Sequence record: MK373784.1
Strand: one strand, 5' to 3'
From: Escherichia phage vB_EcoM_MM02
DNA length: 64,000 nt
Positions 43,269-54,036 of this stretch are shown here, in pieces. Position 1 is the first letter of the stretch. Each line of letters starts with the position of its first letter. The position numbers and the translations under genes are program-made. Below the pieces are notes generated by a model. That model worked only from the letters and a program-made list of their open reading frames with translations, was not told the origin of the DNA and ran no database searches.

Positions 43269-43756
43269 GTTTGAATAATCTCAATGATTTCGTCTCGGGA
43301 TAATCCATTGATAAGAACTGTTTTAGGCCCGTCAGTTTGGATTTTGTATGATTCAAACAATACACACAACTCTTCTGCTGTATGATATGGACTTGAAATT
43401 CCGAGACGGTTGAATTTGTCGGTAAGAGGGTCGCAAATAATGTAGAATTTTATACCTGCGATATGTACGTTTGGTTGACTAATGTTAATGAACACATTAG
43501 CGTCATATTTAGTCAAATTGTTTTGAAGAAATTCTACCATGGCATTAACTGCTTCCGGCATCGCTTCGCGTTTCTCTTCAGCGTATCGGGTTGAATACTC
43601 TTTTTGTTTTACTTTCTTTTTAAGATTTTTGGCCAGTGTAACACGGAGGTCAGTAAGATAACCAACTGGACGGCCTTTCTTAAAGACTCGGATTCCGTCA
43701 GTTGTGTCTCCAAAAGCGGTTACGACCATATCATTAGTAATCAATTGCATATTCAT
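43256..43756 (-). CDS. alc: Alc, inhibitor of host transcription (probable)
   Basis: 166 aa from ATG at 43756 with GAGGAG ribosome-binding site (T4 Alc 167 aa); the longer track ORF begins inside the early promoter; position between spanins and rnlA. Confidence 0.65.
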   Translation of the reverse strand: MNMQLITNDMVVTAFGDTTDGIRVFKKGRPVGYLTDLRVTLAKNLKKKVKQKEYSTRYAEEKREAMPEAVNAMVEFLQNNLTKYDANVFINISQPNVHIAGIKFYIICDPLTDKFNRLGISSPYHTAEELCVLFESYKIQTDGPKTVLINGLSRDEIIEIIQTCLK

Positions 43757-43786
43757 AATTTTCTCCTCGTGTTGTTGATAAAAGCC

Positions 43787-43816
43787 ATAGTAACACCATC
43801 CTTGGTGTTTGTAAAC
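43787..43816 (-). promoter_or_regulatory. early promoter for alc
   Basis: minus-strand GTTTACAAACACCAAGGATGGTGTTACTAT, then leader CAACACGAGGAGAAAATT before the ATG. Confidence 0.6.
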
Positions 43817-43818
43817 CA

Positions 43819-44952
<1,134 letters not shown>

Positions 44953-44969
44953 TCAGTTAGTTTTTTTAA

Positions 44970-44999
44970 ATTGTACCACAATCCTTGTGGTATGTAAAC
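44970..44999 (-). promoter_or_regulatory. early promoter for rnlA
   Basis: minus-strand GTTTACATACCACAAGGATTGTGGTACAAT. Confidence 0.55.
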
Positions 45000-45409
45000 T
45001 ACTTTTTCTTATGTTGGATATTCCAAGGCGGGTTGAACTTTTTGATAAAAAGCGGTTCTTCAAGGTCCATTGTTGCGATGGTCATTGAACCAAGTTCGTT
45101 GGTGACTGAAAGGTCAAAACATTGGCGGGCCCAGAATTCAACCTTTTTGCCTTGCATTAAGGCATCCAAAATCATAAGTGATTTTCTTGAATCTGAAGTC
45201 TGGTCTTTTCGATTTATGGCTGTTCGATAATAGTTAATGCGTTTCTTTAAATTCTTGGTTTTACCAATATACACAAGTTCGTCATCTATAGCAATAACAT
45301 ATATGACATTTTTCTTATTAGGGACATCAACTGTTTTAATTGTTGCATCTTCTAATAGCTCCAATTCTGTATATTTAATAAAGGAATATTCGGCGGCGAT
45401 ATCTTTCAT
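44999..45409 (-). CDS. denA: endonuclease II (GIY-YIG family)
   Basis: 136 aa as T4 EndoII; GIY-YIG-like YVIAIDDELVYIGKTKNLKKRINYY. Confidence 0.88.
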   Translation of the reverse strand: MKDIAAEYSFIKYTELELLEDATIKTVDVPNKKNVIYVIAIDDELVYIGKTKNLKKRINYYRTAINRKDQTSDSRKSLMILDALMQGKKVEFWARQCFDLSVTNELGSMTIATMDLEEPLFIKKFNPPWNIQHKKK

Positions 45410-45417
45410 AATAAAGT

Positions 45418-45431
45418 GGGACCGAAGTCCC
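45418..45431 (-). terminator. hairpin between nrdB and denA
   Basis: gggaccgaagtccc. Confidence 0.5.
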
Positions 45432-45435
45432 GTCC

Positions 45436-46614
45436 TTAGAAATATTTTTTGTATGAATTGATTACATTTTGGTCTACATCATTATCAATTTGTGCGACAA
45501 GATAAGAACTGATTTCAACTTCTTGTGGGGCTGCTTGAACCAAATCAGAGTTCAAATACTCACGAATCCATGGAATAGGATGACGAGTTGATACGTCTTT
45601 AAGAGGACATGGCAGACCACAACTACGCATACGAGACACGGTAAGATAATCCACAAATTCACTTAGGATTTTAACATTTAGACCTGGAAGAGCACCATCT
45701 TTAAACAAGTGTTCAGCCCATTCTTTTTCTTGAGCGTTAACTTCCATGAAAATATCAACTGCTTCTTGTTCACACTCTTGAGCAATTTTGACCCATTCAT
45801 CACTGTCTTCGCCATCTTGTAAAGCACGAATAATATATTGAGTACCCTTGAGGTGGAGTTGTTCGTCACGAGCAATGAACTTCATAATCTTTGCATTGCC
45901 TTCCATAATTTCCATATTTTTATGGAAGTTAAAGGTACATGCAAATGATACGTAAAAACGAATAGCTTCTAAGGCATTAATAACGTGCAAACAGAGGTAA
46001 AGAGATTTCATTAGCTCACGCTTCCAATATGTCTCATGCTCAATAGCATCTTCAATAACGTCTTCGTCTGCATTAATTTCTTTTTGGTATTCGATATCAG
46101 CTTTAGCGTTTTCCCAATAACGAGCTTTAACCAGAACATCATCATAATATCGTCCGATAGATTCGGCACGCTTCATAATAGCTTCATCTAATACAATCTC
46201 ATCAAACACCTTCGATGGATCTGTATAAAGATTTCGCATAATATGAGTATATGAACGAGAGTGAATAGTTTCACTGAAAGTCCATGTAGCAACCCATGTA
46301 TCTAATGAAGGGTCTGAAAGCAATGACATAAGTACCGCAGATGGTGCTCTACCTTGGATAGAATCTAATAATGATTGATACTTAAGGTTGTTGGTAAAGA
46401 TGTCCTGTTGGAACTGTGGAAGCTTATTAAACTGGGCCGAATCCAACATCAAGTTTACTTCCTCGGGACGCCAAAAGAACGAGAGCTGCTTTTCGATAAG
46501 CTCTTCAAAAACTTTATGACGCTGAATATCATACCGTGCGAGGCCAAGACCAGAACCAAAGAACATCGGTTCATTCAAAACATCGACTTGTTGTGTGTTA
46601 AAAACTGTACTCAT
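45436..46614 (-). CDS. nrdB: ribonucleotide reductase small subunit, uninterrupted (no intron)
   Basis: 392 aa from first ATG (MSTVFNT...); ferritin-like R2 architecture; position beside nrdA. Confidence 0.88.
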   Translation of the reverse strand: MSTVFNTQQVDVLNEPMFFGSGLGLARYDIQRHKVFEELIEKQLSFFWRPEEVNLMLDSAQFNKLPQFQQDIFTNNLKYQSLLDSIQGRAPSAVLMSLLSDPSLDTWVATWTFSETIHSRSYTHIMRNLYTDPSKVFDEIVLDEAIMKRAESIGRYYDDVLVKARYWENAKADIEYQKEINADEDVIEDAIEHETYWKRELMKSLYLCLHVINALEAIRFYVSFACTFNFHKNMEIMEGNAKIMKFIARDEQLHLKGTQYIIRALQDGEDSDEWVKIAQECEQEAVDIFMEVNAQEKEWAEHLFKDGALPGLNVKILSEFVDYLTVSRMRSCGLPCPLKDVSTRHPIPWIREYLNSDLVQAAPQEVEISSYLVAQIDNDVDQNVINSYKKYF

Positions 46615-46668
46615 TATATTTCTCACTTAGTTATTAACTCATCCATGAGTAAATTATAATAAAAAGTC

Positions 46669-48924
46669 TTAAAGCTTACAAGCAGAACAATCTTCTGCTT
46701 TAGGTGTTTCTAATTCATAGTCGTCTGTACCAGACCCATCACGAGTGTTATGATAGTAGAGGTTTTTTCCGCCAAAGTACCAGAAGTAAAGCAGATCGTC
46801 AAGCATTACTGACATTGGCACTTTACCTTTCTCAAATACTGCAGGGTCATAGTAAGTATTAGCAGAAGCAGATTGGCACACCCATTTCAACATGATAGCA
46901 ACTTGGGTCAAATAAGGTTTATTACCTTTCTTAGCAAGTTTCCACGCGTAGTCGTAAAGACTCATGTTATGTTCGATATTAGGAACAACCTGTCGGAAGT
47001 TGCCTTCTTTAGATTCTTTAATACTTACTGGACCACGTGGTGGCTCAATCCCGTTTGTAGAGTTTGATACTTGACTGCTTGACTCACAAGGCATGAGTGC
47101 AGACAACGTTGAGTTACGAATTCCATGTTCTTTGAGTTCAGCTCGAAGTTCTTCCCAGTCACAGACGTAGTTCGGGGCTGCGATTTGGTCAATCTTTTTA
47201 TTGTACCAGTCGATAGGTAATTCGCCTCTAGACCATTTAGTGTCTGAATAATACTCGCAACATCCTTTTTCTTTGGCGAGTTTGATTGAAGCTTTGATAA
47301 GGCCATATTGCAATCTCTCAAACAATTCATGAGTCAAATCGTTAGCGTCTTCATATGAAGCGAAGTTAGAAGCTAACCATGCGGCATAGTTCGTCACACC
47401 AACACCGAGGTTTCGACGCTTTTTAGCTTTTAAAGCTTCCGGAACCGGATAATCTTGATAGTCTAGCAGGTTATCAAGTGCACGTACTTGTACTTCAGCA
47501 AGTTCATTAATTTTATCTTGGTCTTGCCAATCAAATTTATCTAATACAAAAGCAGATAATGTGCATAAACCAATTTCAGCATCAGGACCATTCACATCAT
47601 TAGTTGGAATAGCGATTTCACAACATAAGTTACTCTGACGAATTGGAGCTTTTTCACGAATAAACGGAGTGTAGTTATTCGTGTTATCAACAAACTGTGG
47701 ATAAATTCGAGCAGTGCCAGAACGTTCAGTCATGAACAATTCAAAGAGTTCTAGTGCTTTGATTCTTTTCTTTCTGATTGTTGGGTCTTTTTCAGCTTTC
47801 TCATAAAGCTCACGGAATTTATCTTGATCTTCAAAGAACGAGTAGTACAGTTCGCCTGACATTTCGTGAGGGCTAAATAAAGTAATATAATCATTTTTAC
47901 CAAGGCGTTCCATCATAAGGTCATTAATCTGAATTCCGTAGTCCATATGTCGAATACGGTTTTCATCCACACCTTTGTTATTTTTCAGAACTAATAGGTT
48001 CTCTACTTCTAAGTGCCACATCGGATAATACGCTGTAGCAGCACCACCACGAATACCACCTTGAGAACAAGATTTTACTGCAGTTTGGAAATGTTTCCAG
48101 AATGGAATAACACCCGTATGTCGAACTTCACCCATACCGATCTTAGAACCTTCTGCACGAAGCATACCAACGTTGATACCAATACCAGCTCGTTTAGAAA
48201 TATATTCAATAATTGATGCTGAAGTTTTGTTAATAGATTTTAACGAATCACCGGCTTCAATAACTACACAACTAGAGAACTGGCGAGTTGGAGTACGAGC
48301 ACCTGCCATAATTGGGGTTGGCAATGAAACTTGATGAGTAGAAACGGCATCATAAAAACGAATAATATGTTTCAAACGGTCATGAGTTTCGTCTTGGTGT
48401 AAGGCCATGCCAATAGCCATGATAGCAAACTGGGGAGTTTCATAAATCTTCCCAGTTGTTTTATCTTTAACTAGATATTTTTCTTTAAGCTGCATAGCAC
48501 CAGCATAAGTCAGGTCAAAGTCTCGTTCATGTTTAATCTGTGAATCGAGATAAATGATTTCTTCTGCTGAATATTGAGACAACAGCTCAGGGTCATATTT
48601 GCCTTCATTAACACAATAAGAAATATGGTCGATAAAAGCAGGCGGTTCAAACTGCCCATATACATCTTTACGAAGTGCAAACATTAGCCCTTTGGCGGCG
48701 ACATACTGATAATCAGGTTCTTCGACAGAAATCGAGTTAGCTGCAACTTTAATACAAATCTTCTGGATATCTTTGGTGCTCATCCCGTCGACAAGATGGG
48801 TCTTAATTTCTTCGTACAATTCATATGGGTCAATTTGTGTTCCTTCACATTGCCAAGTTAAGACTTGAATAATTTTCTGTGCATCAAAATTTTGGGATAC
48901 ACCACTGCTCTTAGTTACTTGCAT
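46669..48924 (-). CDS. nrdA: ribonucleotide reductase large subunit
   Basis: 751 aa (T4 754); class I RNR large subunit; C-terminal CSACKL. Confidence 0.93.
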   Translation of the reverse strand: MQVTKSSGVSQNFDAQKIIQVLTWQCEGTQIDPYELYEEIKTHLVDGMSTKDIQKICIKVAANSISVEEPDYQYVAAKGLMFALRKDVYGQFEPPAFIDHISYCVNEGKYDPELLSQYSAEEIIYLDSQIKHERDFDLTYAGAMQLKEKYLVKDKTTGKIYETPQFAIMAIGMALHQDETHDRLKHIIRFYDAVSTHQVSLPTPIMAGARTPTRQFSSCVVIEAGDSLKSINKTSASIIEYISKRAGIGINVGMLRAEGSKIGMGEVRHTGVIPFWKHFQTAVKSCSQGGIRGGAATAYYPMWHLEVENLLVLKNNKGVDENRIRHMDYGIQINDLMMERLGKNDYITLFSPHEMSGELYYSFFEDQDKFRELYEKAEKDPTIRKKRIKALELFELFMTERSGTARIYPQFVDNTNNYTPFIREKAPIRQSNLCCEIAIPTNDVNGPDAEIGLCTLSAFVLDKFDWQDQDKINELAEVQVRALDNLLDYQDYPVPEALKAKKRRNLGVGVTNYAAWLASNFASYEDANDLTHELFERLQYGLIKASIKLAKEKGCCEYYSDTKWSRGELPIDWYNKKIDQIAAPNYVCDWEELRAELKEHGIRNSTLSALMPCESSSQVSNSTNGIEPPRGPVSIKESKEGNFRQVVPNIEHNMSLYDYAWKLAKKGNKPYLTQVAIMLKWVCQSASANTYYDPAVFEKGKVPMSVMLDDLLYFWYFGGKNLYYHNTRDGSGTDDYELETPKAEDCSACKL

Positions 48925-49011
48925 ATATTCCTCAGTATAGGTTGATAGACATTACTCCAAACGGGATAGTATTTATCCCGTTAATTTATTATACACTTTT
49001 AAACTGAAGCG

Positions 49012-49266
49012 TTAATTATCCTCAGCAATAATTTCTTCGTATTCTTTAGGTGTCAAGACTGTGATATTGAAATAAACCAACGGTTCTTTTTCTATACCGA
49101 ATCCACCACAAAATTCACGATATTCATAAATTCGTTCATGTGAATAACAAATGAATCGTTCACCTTTAACTGTGATTTCACTATTTGGTGAAGGGATATC
49201 CAGTTCACTTGGATTTTTCATTTCAAAAATTGTGGTGCCATATGAATTAATAAAACGTAAAATCAT
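49012..49266 (-). CDS. hypothetical protein (nrdA.1-like position)
   Basis: 84-aa ORF with ATG start between td and nrdA. Confidence 0.5.
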   Translation of the reverse strand: MILRFINSYGTTIFEMKNPSELDIPSPNSEITVKGERFICYSHERIYEYREFCGGFGIEKEPLVYFNITVLTPKEYEEIIAEDN

Positions 49267-49267
49267 T

Positions 49268-50128
49268 TTATACCGCCATTTTAGCTTTGATAGCTGGATG
49301 AGATTCGTAATTTTTAAGAACGAAATCAGAATGTGTCATCGTTCCAGTAACCCAGTCCATTTGGATTTTTGTAGGCCAATTCTCAAAATTACTAGGCCAA
49401 TTAATTTCAAGAGAACATAACTCTTTAGGTTCACGACGAAGAACTTCTTTGCATTGTTCTACATGATTGCTGTAGATATGCGTGTTGCCGCCTGAGAACA
49501 CTAAATCACCTGGGATAAGGTTACACATCTTCGCTACAATATGCGTCAAGGCAGCGTACGAGGCAATGTTGAATGGCAGGCCCAAGAAAACATCTACACT
49601 GCGTTGATACCATTGTAAATCAAGATGCCCATTACGCACATTAAATTGATAGAACATATGACAAGGAGGAAGAGCCATTTGGTCAATTTCGGCAGGGTTC
49701 CATGCAGAAACTATTTGACGACGATCATTAGGAAGAGCTTTAATACGGTCGATAGTTTTGACCAATTGGTCTACACCACCAAAATCACGCCATTGCTTAC
49801 CATAAATAGGACCAAGTTCGCCGCTATGATATCCAAGGTCTTTTGCCTGATTTTCATAGTTGTCGTCCCAAATAGTTTTACCTTGAATAAGACTACCATG
49901 AGTACGAATACGCAAATCATTAACATTGGTAGAACCAGACATGAACCACAGTAACTCGGCAATACAAGCTTTCCATGCTAATTTCTTAGTTGTTACTGCA
50001 GGGAATCCTTTAGTCAGATCCCAACGTAATTTAGTTCCGAACAGGGCAATAGTGCCGGTGCCTGTACGGTCGTCTGTTTCGTAGCCATTTTCTAGGATAT
50101 CATTAATCAGGTATTGGTATTGTTTCAT
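49268..50128 (-). CDS. td: thymidylate synthase, uninterrupted (no intron)
   Basis: 286 aa as T4 Td; active-site region ALPPCHMFYQF; contiguous ORF. Confidence 0.93.
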   Translation of the reverse strand: MKQYQYLINDILENGYETDDRTGTGTIALFGTKLRWDLTKGFPAVTTKKLAWKACIAELLWFMSGSTNVNDLRIRTHGSLIQGKTIWDDNYENQAKDLGYHSGELGPIYGKQWRDFGGVDQLVKTIDRIKALPNDRRQIVSAWNPAEIDQMALPPCHMFYQFNVRNGHLDLQWYQRSVDVFLGLPFNIASYAALTHIVAKMCNLIPGDLVFSGGNTHIYSNHVEQCKEVLRREPKELCSLEINWPSNFENWPTKIQMDWVTGTMTHSDFVLKNYESHPAIKAKMAV

Positions 50129-50712
50129 TTATAAACGCTCTCAGTAATTTCGGTGAGTTCATCGATTCTGTAGTAATGAGATTCTACCATAGAACGTTGA
50201 AGCATAATATCTTGGACGAAATCTTTATCAAGTTGAACATCGGAATTAACACGACATTTCTTAATGATTTTAGTCATCACGATTTCATCGGCATAAGGCA
50301 GTGCTTGTTTAAGTAGAGCAGGACCGCCGATAACAGATACATTAACATGTTCAGTAGAAAGTTTAAACGGTACATCAGTTGCAGGGCTAAACAGGTTAAT
50401 TTCACCACCTGTTACCAAGGTAATAAATTCAGATTGGGTGATATAGAACCGTGCAAGTTCATCAGTTTTAGTCCTAGGCAGTTTTCTGGCCATATCAGTG
50501 ACAACCACATGAGTACGATCTGGGAGTAGACGAGGTAATGATGCAAAAGTCTTAGCACCCATAACCATTACAGTGTTTTTAGTGCGAGCAACAAAGTTAC
50601 TCATATCTTGTTTGATATGCTTCCATGGAAGTCCATCACCTAATCCAAAAGCATATTCCAGTTTATCATCAACTGTTTTAGATGGTGCGCATGCGAATAC
50701 TAATTTAAGCAT
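50125..50712 (-). CDS. frd: dihydrofolate reductase
   Basis: 195 aa; MLKLVF...FGLGDGLPW...VMVMGAKTF pattern as T4 DHFR; ATGA overlap with td. Confidence 0.9.
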   Translation of the reverse strand: MLKLVFACAPSKTVDDKLEYAFGLGDGLPWKHIKQDMSNFVARTKNTVMVMGAKTFASLPRLLPDRTHVVVTDMARKLPRTKTDELARFYITQSEFITLVTGGEINLFSPATDVPFKLSTEHVNVSVIGGPALLKQALPYADEIVMTKIIKKCRVNSDVQLDKDFVQDIMLQRSMVESHYYRIDELTEITESVYK

Positions 50713-50953
50713 TTTTAAGTCCTTTAATAACTTTTTGGATTTGTGATTTAGACGAAACTAGTTCTGTCTGAATTTCCAAACCATCGGTTTGGTCAAATGT
50801 TGTAACACAAACGCGAGGTTTTGTTGTGTATCGCCCAGACAAATCAAATGCGTCGCCAATGAATTCGGCCAAATCCGAATGGTCTAAATTAACTGAAGTA
50901 TAAACTTCATATCCGACATCAGCGCCTTGAGAGTATTCAACAACAACATTCAT
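50705..50953 (-). CDS. hypothetical protein (frd.1-like position)
   Basis: 82-aa ORF. Confidence 0.5.
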   Translation of the reverse strand: MNVVVEYSQGADVGYEVYTSVNLDHSDLAEFIGDAFDLSGRYTTKPRVCVTTFDQTDGLEIQTELVSSKSQIQKVIKGLKNA

Positions 50954-50955
50954 AA

Positions 50956-51204
50956 TTATTTCCTCAGATTTTTCTTAACAACTTTCCAATCAACTTTAAA
51001 CGATTCAACATCAGAGTGGTGAATCCAGAATCCTGCACTTTCACCATCTTCGTAGAGTGGACATCCATCACATTCTTCGTTCCAACCCATTTCACGTAAA
51101 GCTTCTTCAGCTTGTTCAAGGAGTTCAGCGTCTTTACCGACGATGTTGAAGTACCATTTACCTCTAACTTCAGAATCTTTGATGCTCTGTCGTTGCAATC
51201 TCAT
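50956..51204 (-). CDS. hypothetical protein (frd.2-like position)
   Basis: 83 aa from ATG at 51204 with GAAGGAGA ribosome-binding site; the longer track ORF overlaps its own promoter. Confidence 0.5.
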   Translation of the reverse strand: MRLQRQSIKDSEVRGKWYFNIVGKDAELLEQAEEALREMGWNEECDGCPLYEDGESAGFWIHHSDVESFKVDWKVVKKNLRK

Positions 51205-51227
51205 TTTATTCTCCTTCACTTTTGATT

Positions 51228-51257
51228 TGATAGGGCTACTATAACATAACCCTATCT
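51228..51257 (-). promoter_or_regulatory. candidate early promoter for the 50956-51204 gene
   Basis: minus-strand GTGTAC-18-TATAGT; palindrome gataggg / ccctatc around the -10. Confidence 0.45.
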
Positions 51258-51266
51258 GATTGTACA

Positions 51267-51659
51267 CTACTTTTTAAAAGTTTTTTGCAAAAGTTCGATG
51301 ATTTCGTCGACGTTGGTTTCATCTACGATACAATGGATTTTTGTTACACCTAAAGCTATACCTTCGTTAGTAGGTTGAGGCTTTACTATATCTACCTCAG
51401 TAAAGTATTTGAACTCGTCAGGATAAATCTCAAAATAAGTTTCAATTTCACCACCGGCAGAACATACAGTACCATCTTCCATAGTTACACTTACTACGTT
51501 TGACGTATCGCTATCATAATCAGGTTCCATTCCGTTTACAACAAAACTAGGCCCGTGGAGTTCAATCAATTTTAACATCTTAGCGTTATTGTGTGGTGCT
51601 TCTTGAACAAAGTCATCTTTAAATAAAGGGTTAATGATATAAGATTTTCCGATTTCCAT
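51267..51659 (-). CDS. hypothetical protein (frd.3-like position)
   Basis: 130-aa ORF; early promoter at 51689-51717; GAGGAAA ribosome-binding site. Confidence 0.55.
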   Translation of the reverse strand: MEIGKSYIINPLFKDDFVQEAPHNNAKMLKLIELHGPSFVVNGMEPDYDSDTSNVVSVTMEDGTVCSAGGEIETYFEIYPDEFKYFTEVDIVKPQPTNEGIALGVTKIHCIVDETNVDEIIELLQKTFKK

Positions 51660-51688
51660 TTTGATTTCCTCATGTTGTTGATAGGTCT

Positions 51689-51717
51689 ATACTAACACAT
51701 CCAGGGAAGAAGTAAAC
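51689..51717 (-). promoter_or_regulatory. early promoter for the 51267-51659 gene
   Basis: minus-strand GTTTACTTCTTCCCTGGATGTGTTAGTAT, then leader CAACAACATGAGGAAA. Confidence 0.6.
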
Positions 51718-51748
51718 AACTTTTTCGGCAATTTACAGATACTCAAAA

Positions 51749-51766
51749 GGGAGACCGAAGTCTCCC
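51749..51766 (-). terminator. intrinsic terminator after gene 32
   Basis: minus-strand GGGAGACTTCGGTCTCCC then TTTTGAG. Confidence 0.7.
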
Positions 51767-51772
51767 AATTTA

Positions 51773-52675
51773 TTATAAACCAGCTAACAGGTCATCGAGG
51801 TCGCCATCATCAGAGGATGAGGTAGAGCTCATGAAGTCATCTTCAGTTTTTGCAGAACTAAAGGCTTCCATGTCTTTATCAAAATCGTCAAGGTCAGAAG
51901 CAACTTTATCTGCAACAGAAGCTGCTGCGGCTGCTGCACCACCAAGAGCGGCAGTACCAAGAACCTTAGCGAAAGATTCATTTAATTTTTCAAAGGATTT
52001 GAACTGGTCTTTAGCCGTCAAAGTAGTAAGGTCTACCATCTGGTCATATAGTTCTTTCTGGAATGCTTCATCATTAATACGAGGAATTTCAGATTGACCC
52101 AAGAATTTAGATTCGTCATAGTTGCTAAAACCGGAAACCTGCTTAGCTTTCAGAACGAAGTTGGCACCTTCAAACGGACAAGTAACATCAACTGGAGTTT
52201 CACCCATTTCGGTATCAACAGCAATCATTGCATTGATTTTGTCCCAAATCTTTTTACCGAAACGATATTTAAATACTTTACCTTCGTTATCTGGAGCTTG
52301 AGGGTCTTTAACAACCAGAATATTAGCCCAATAAGAAGTTTTACGTTTCAGTTGAGAATATTCATTTTTGTTGGTATTGTACAGGTCATTTTTACTAATG
52401 TACTGACATACAGGACAAGAGTCATAATCACCATGTGTAGAAGAGCAATTTTCAATATACCATTTACCATTTTTCTTGAAACCGTGGTTAACAAGAATTG
52501 CAAATGGTAGTGCATCATCAGTTTTTGCTGGCAAGAAACGAATTACCGCTTGACCATTACCGGATGCATCTAGCTTCAGCTTCCATTCGCCTTTATCTTC
52601 TGAAGAGAAACCTTTGTTACCATTCAGTTTAGCCATTTGAGCAGCGAGGTCAGCAGTAGATTTACGTTTAAACAT
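51773..52675 (-). CDS. 32: single-stranded DNA-binding protein gp32
   Basis: 300 aa (T4 301); zinc-site region and acidic Ser/Asp-rich C-terminus; terminator downstream. Confidence 0.95.
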   Translation of the reverse strand: MFKRKSTADLAAQMAKLNGNKGFSSEDKGEWKLKLDASGNGQAVIRFLPAKTDDALPFAILVNHGFKKNGKWYIENCSSTHGDYDSCPVCQYISKNDLYNTNKNEYSQLKRKTSYWANILVVKDPQAPDNEGKVFKYRFGKKIWDKINAMIAVDTEMGETPVDVTCPFEGANFVLKAKQVSGFSNYDESKFLGQSEIPRINDEAFQKELYDQMVDLTTLTAKDQFKSFEKLNESFAKVLGTAALGGAAAAAASVADKVASDLDDFDKDMEAFSSAKTEDDFMSSTSSSDDGDLDDLLAGL

Positions 52676-52793
52676 GGATTATTACCTTTTATTTAGATTA
52701 TTTAATTTATTTACAGTTGGTTGCTACGACACTTATACCTCGTAGCTGGTATGATTTATTTATAAAGTAATTTTAACACACAAGAAATAAAGC
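52676..52793 (-). promoter_or_regulatory. gene 32 5' leader: candidate autoregulatory translational operator (hairpin plus A/U-rich tract)
   Basis: 118-bp AT-rich intergenic region; stem gctacg (52723-52728) / cgtagc (52741-52746) with 12-nt loop; T4 gp32 is known to autoregulate via its leader. Confidence 0.45.
52767..52774 (-). promoter_or_regulatory. late promoter (TATAAATA on minus strand) in gene 32 leader
   Basis: plus-strand tatttata about 92 nt upstream of gene 32 start. Confidence 0.55.
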
Positions 52794-53447
52794 TTAATAC
52801 TTACATGATTTGATTGTTTCTATGAACAATTTCTTAGCAACATTTCCATCGATTTGAAGTATTTTTCGATATGCCTTTAATTTGGTAGAATAATTTTGCC
52901 AGACTAAGTTATCGGTGAGTTCGTCGTGCTTATCTATAATATTCAAAAACGAGTCCAACAATAAGAAAGTTTCAAATGAAATTATATTGCTTTGTAGCAA
53001 TTTAAATATGTAGCTCGACTGAACGTTGTTATTATAATCAAATATCTCTTGAAGCGCACTAACTTCAACTTTCTTACTGAAATAGTAGATGTTACGTACG
53101 TCTTCAGCAAACGTCTCCTTGGCTTGTTTGAGACGTCCAATATATTCCCTATAGAAAACTAATGCATCAGCGTCTGATATCTCACCAATCCATGCGTCTT
53201 GGTTAGCAACTAAGTTGCTTATGAATATCAAGGTGAGTTCCTTCAATTTATATTTCTCTGCTAGTTTTTCAAAGAAATATTTATCTCGGCGTTTTTGATA
53301 CGCATTATCCGAAACACGCATGCACCAGTTATATTTGATTACGTCATACCGACCATTAAAATGTTGTTTGCACATCAAGTATAGTTTGTATACCGATTTT
53401 CCGTTAATATAACGTTCTCCATCAGGAGGCATGCGTATTTTAATCAT
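52794..53447 (-). CDS. 59: helicase loader gp59
   Basis: 217 aa, same as T4 gp59. Confidence 0.9.
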   Translation of the reverse strand: MIKIRMPPDGERYINGKSVYKLYLMCKQHFNGRYDVIKYNWCMRVSDNAYQKRRDKYFFEKLAEKYKLKELTLIFISNLVANQDAWIGEISDADALVFYREYIGRLKQAKETFAEDVRNIYYFSKKVEVSALQEIFDYNNNVQSSYIFKLLQSNIISFETFLLLDSFLNIIDKHDELTDNLVWQNYSTKLKAYRKILQIDGNVAKKLFIETIKSCKY

Positions 53448-53782
53448 AATAAGAAATCTAACGTATTAGTTTTTTCACCACGAGCAACTGATGGGCGAAG
53501 CATGTTTTCGTCAATTGCTTCGCTTGTAATTTTTTCAACAATTCCTGTAGGAATAAATTTAGCAAATTGTGTTTCTGGAATAGAATTTTCTTCCAAGAAA
53601 GCAGTTGTTGCTTCTAAATAAGACATACCAAATTGTTCAACCATGGATTCGATAATGAATCCGTTTTCTTGTCGGTCAAGCAATTTAGCGATATCATCTT
53701 TATCGTGTTTTACTGCTAATTCTTGTTCAGATAAACCGGCCTCATCAACCGGTTTAATATCACTTAGTGAAAACTGTGTCAT
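53444..53782 (-). CDS. 33: late transcription co-activator gp33
   Basis: 112 aa, same as T4 gp33; ATGA overlap with 59. Confidence 0.85.
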   Translation of the reverse strand: MTQFSLSDIKPVDEAGLSEQELAVKHDKDDIAKLLDRQENGFIIESMVEQFGMSYLEATTAFLEENSIPETQFAKFIPTGIVEKITSEAIDENMLRPSVARGEKTNTLDFLL

Positions 53783-54029
53783 AAAGCTCGACTACCTCTT
53801 CGTTTTCAGCTTCAAATTGGTCACGAGCGTCTTTATGATAAAGAGCTAACAAACGATTAAACATTTTTCCATCGACACCAAGCTCTTCTTTAGCACGAGT
53901 ACGAATGTCTTTAATCAGTTCATTATAACCAGAAATTTTAAGTTTGTTATCGGAAGCTTCCTTGACTAGTTTAGCCAGTTCTTCACCATGCACATCTTGA
54001 TTAAATTCAACTGCTTCTTTCTTAGCCAT
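53760..54029 (-). CDS. dsbA: double-stranded DNA-binding protein DsbA
   Basis: 89 aa from ATG at 54029 with GAGGTAAAC ribosome-binding site (T4 DsbA 89 aa). Confidence 0.75.
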   Translation of the reverse strand: MAKKEAVEFNQDVHGEELAKLVKEASDNKLKISGYNELIKDIRTRAKEELGVDGKMFNRLLALYHKDARDQFEAENEEVVELYDTVFTK

Positions 54030-54036
54030 GTTTACC

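Noticed and set aside
52094-52510. 138-aa plus-strand ORF and 51831-52097 (88 aa) antisense to gene 32
   Set aside because: Embedded in gene 32 on the wrong strand; Ala-rich translation mirrors the gp32 acidic tail codons.
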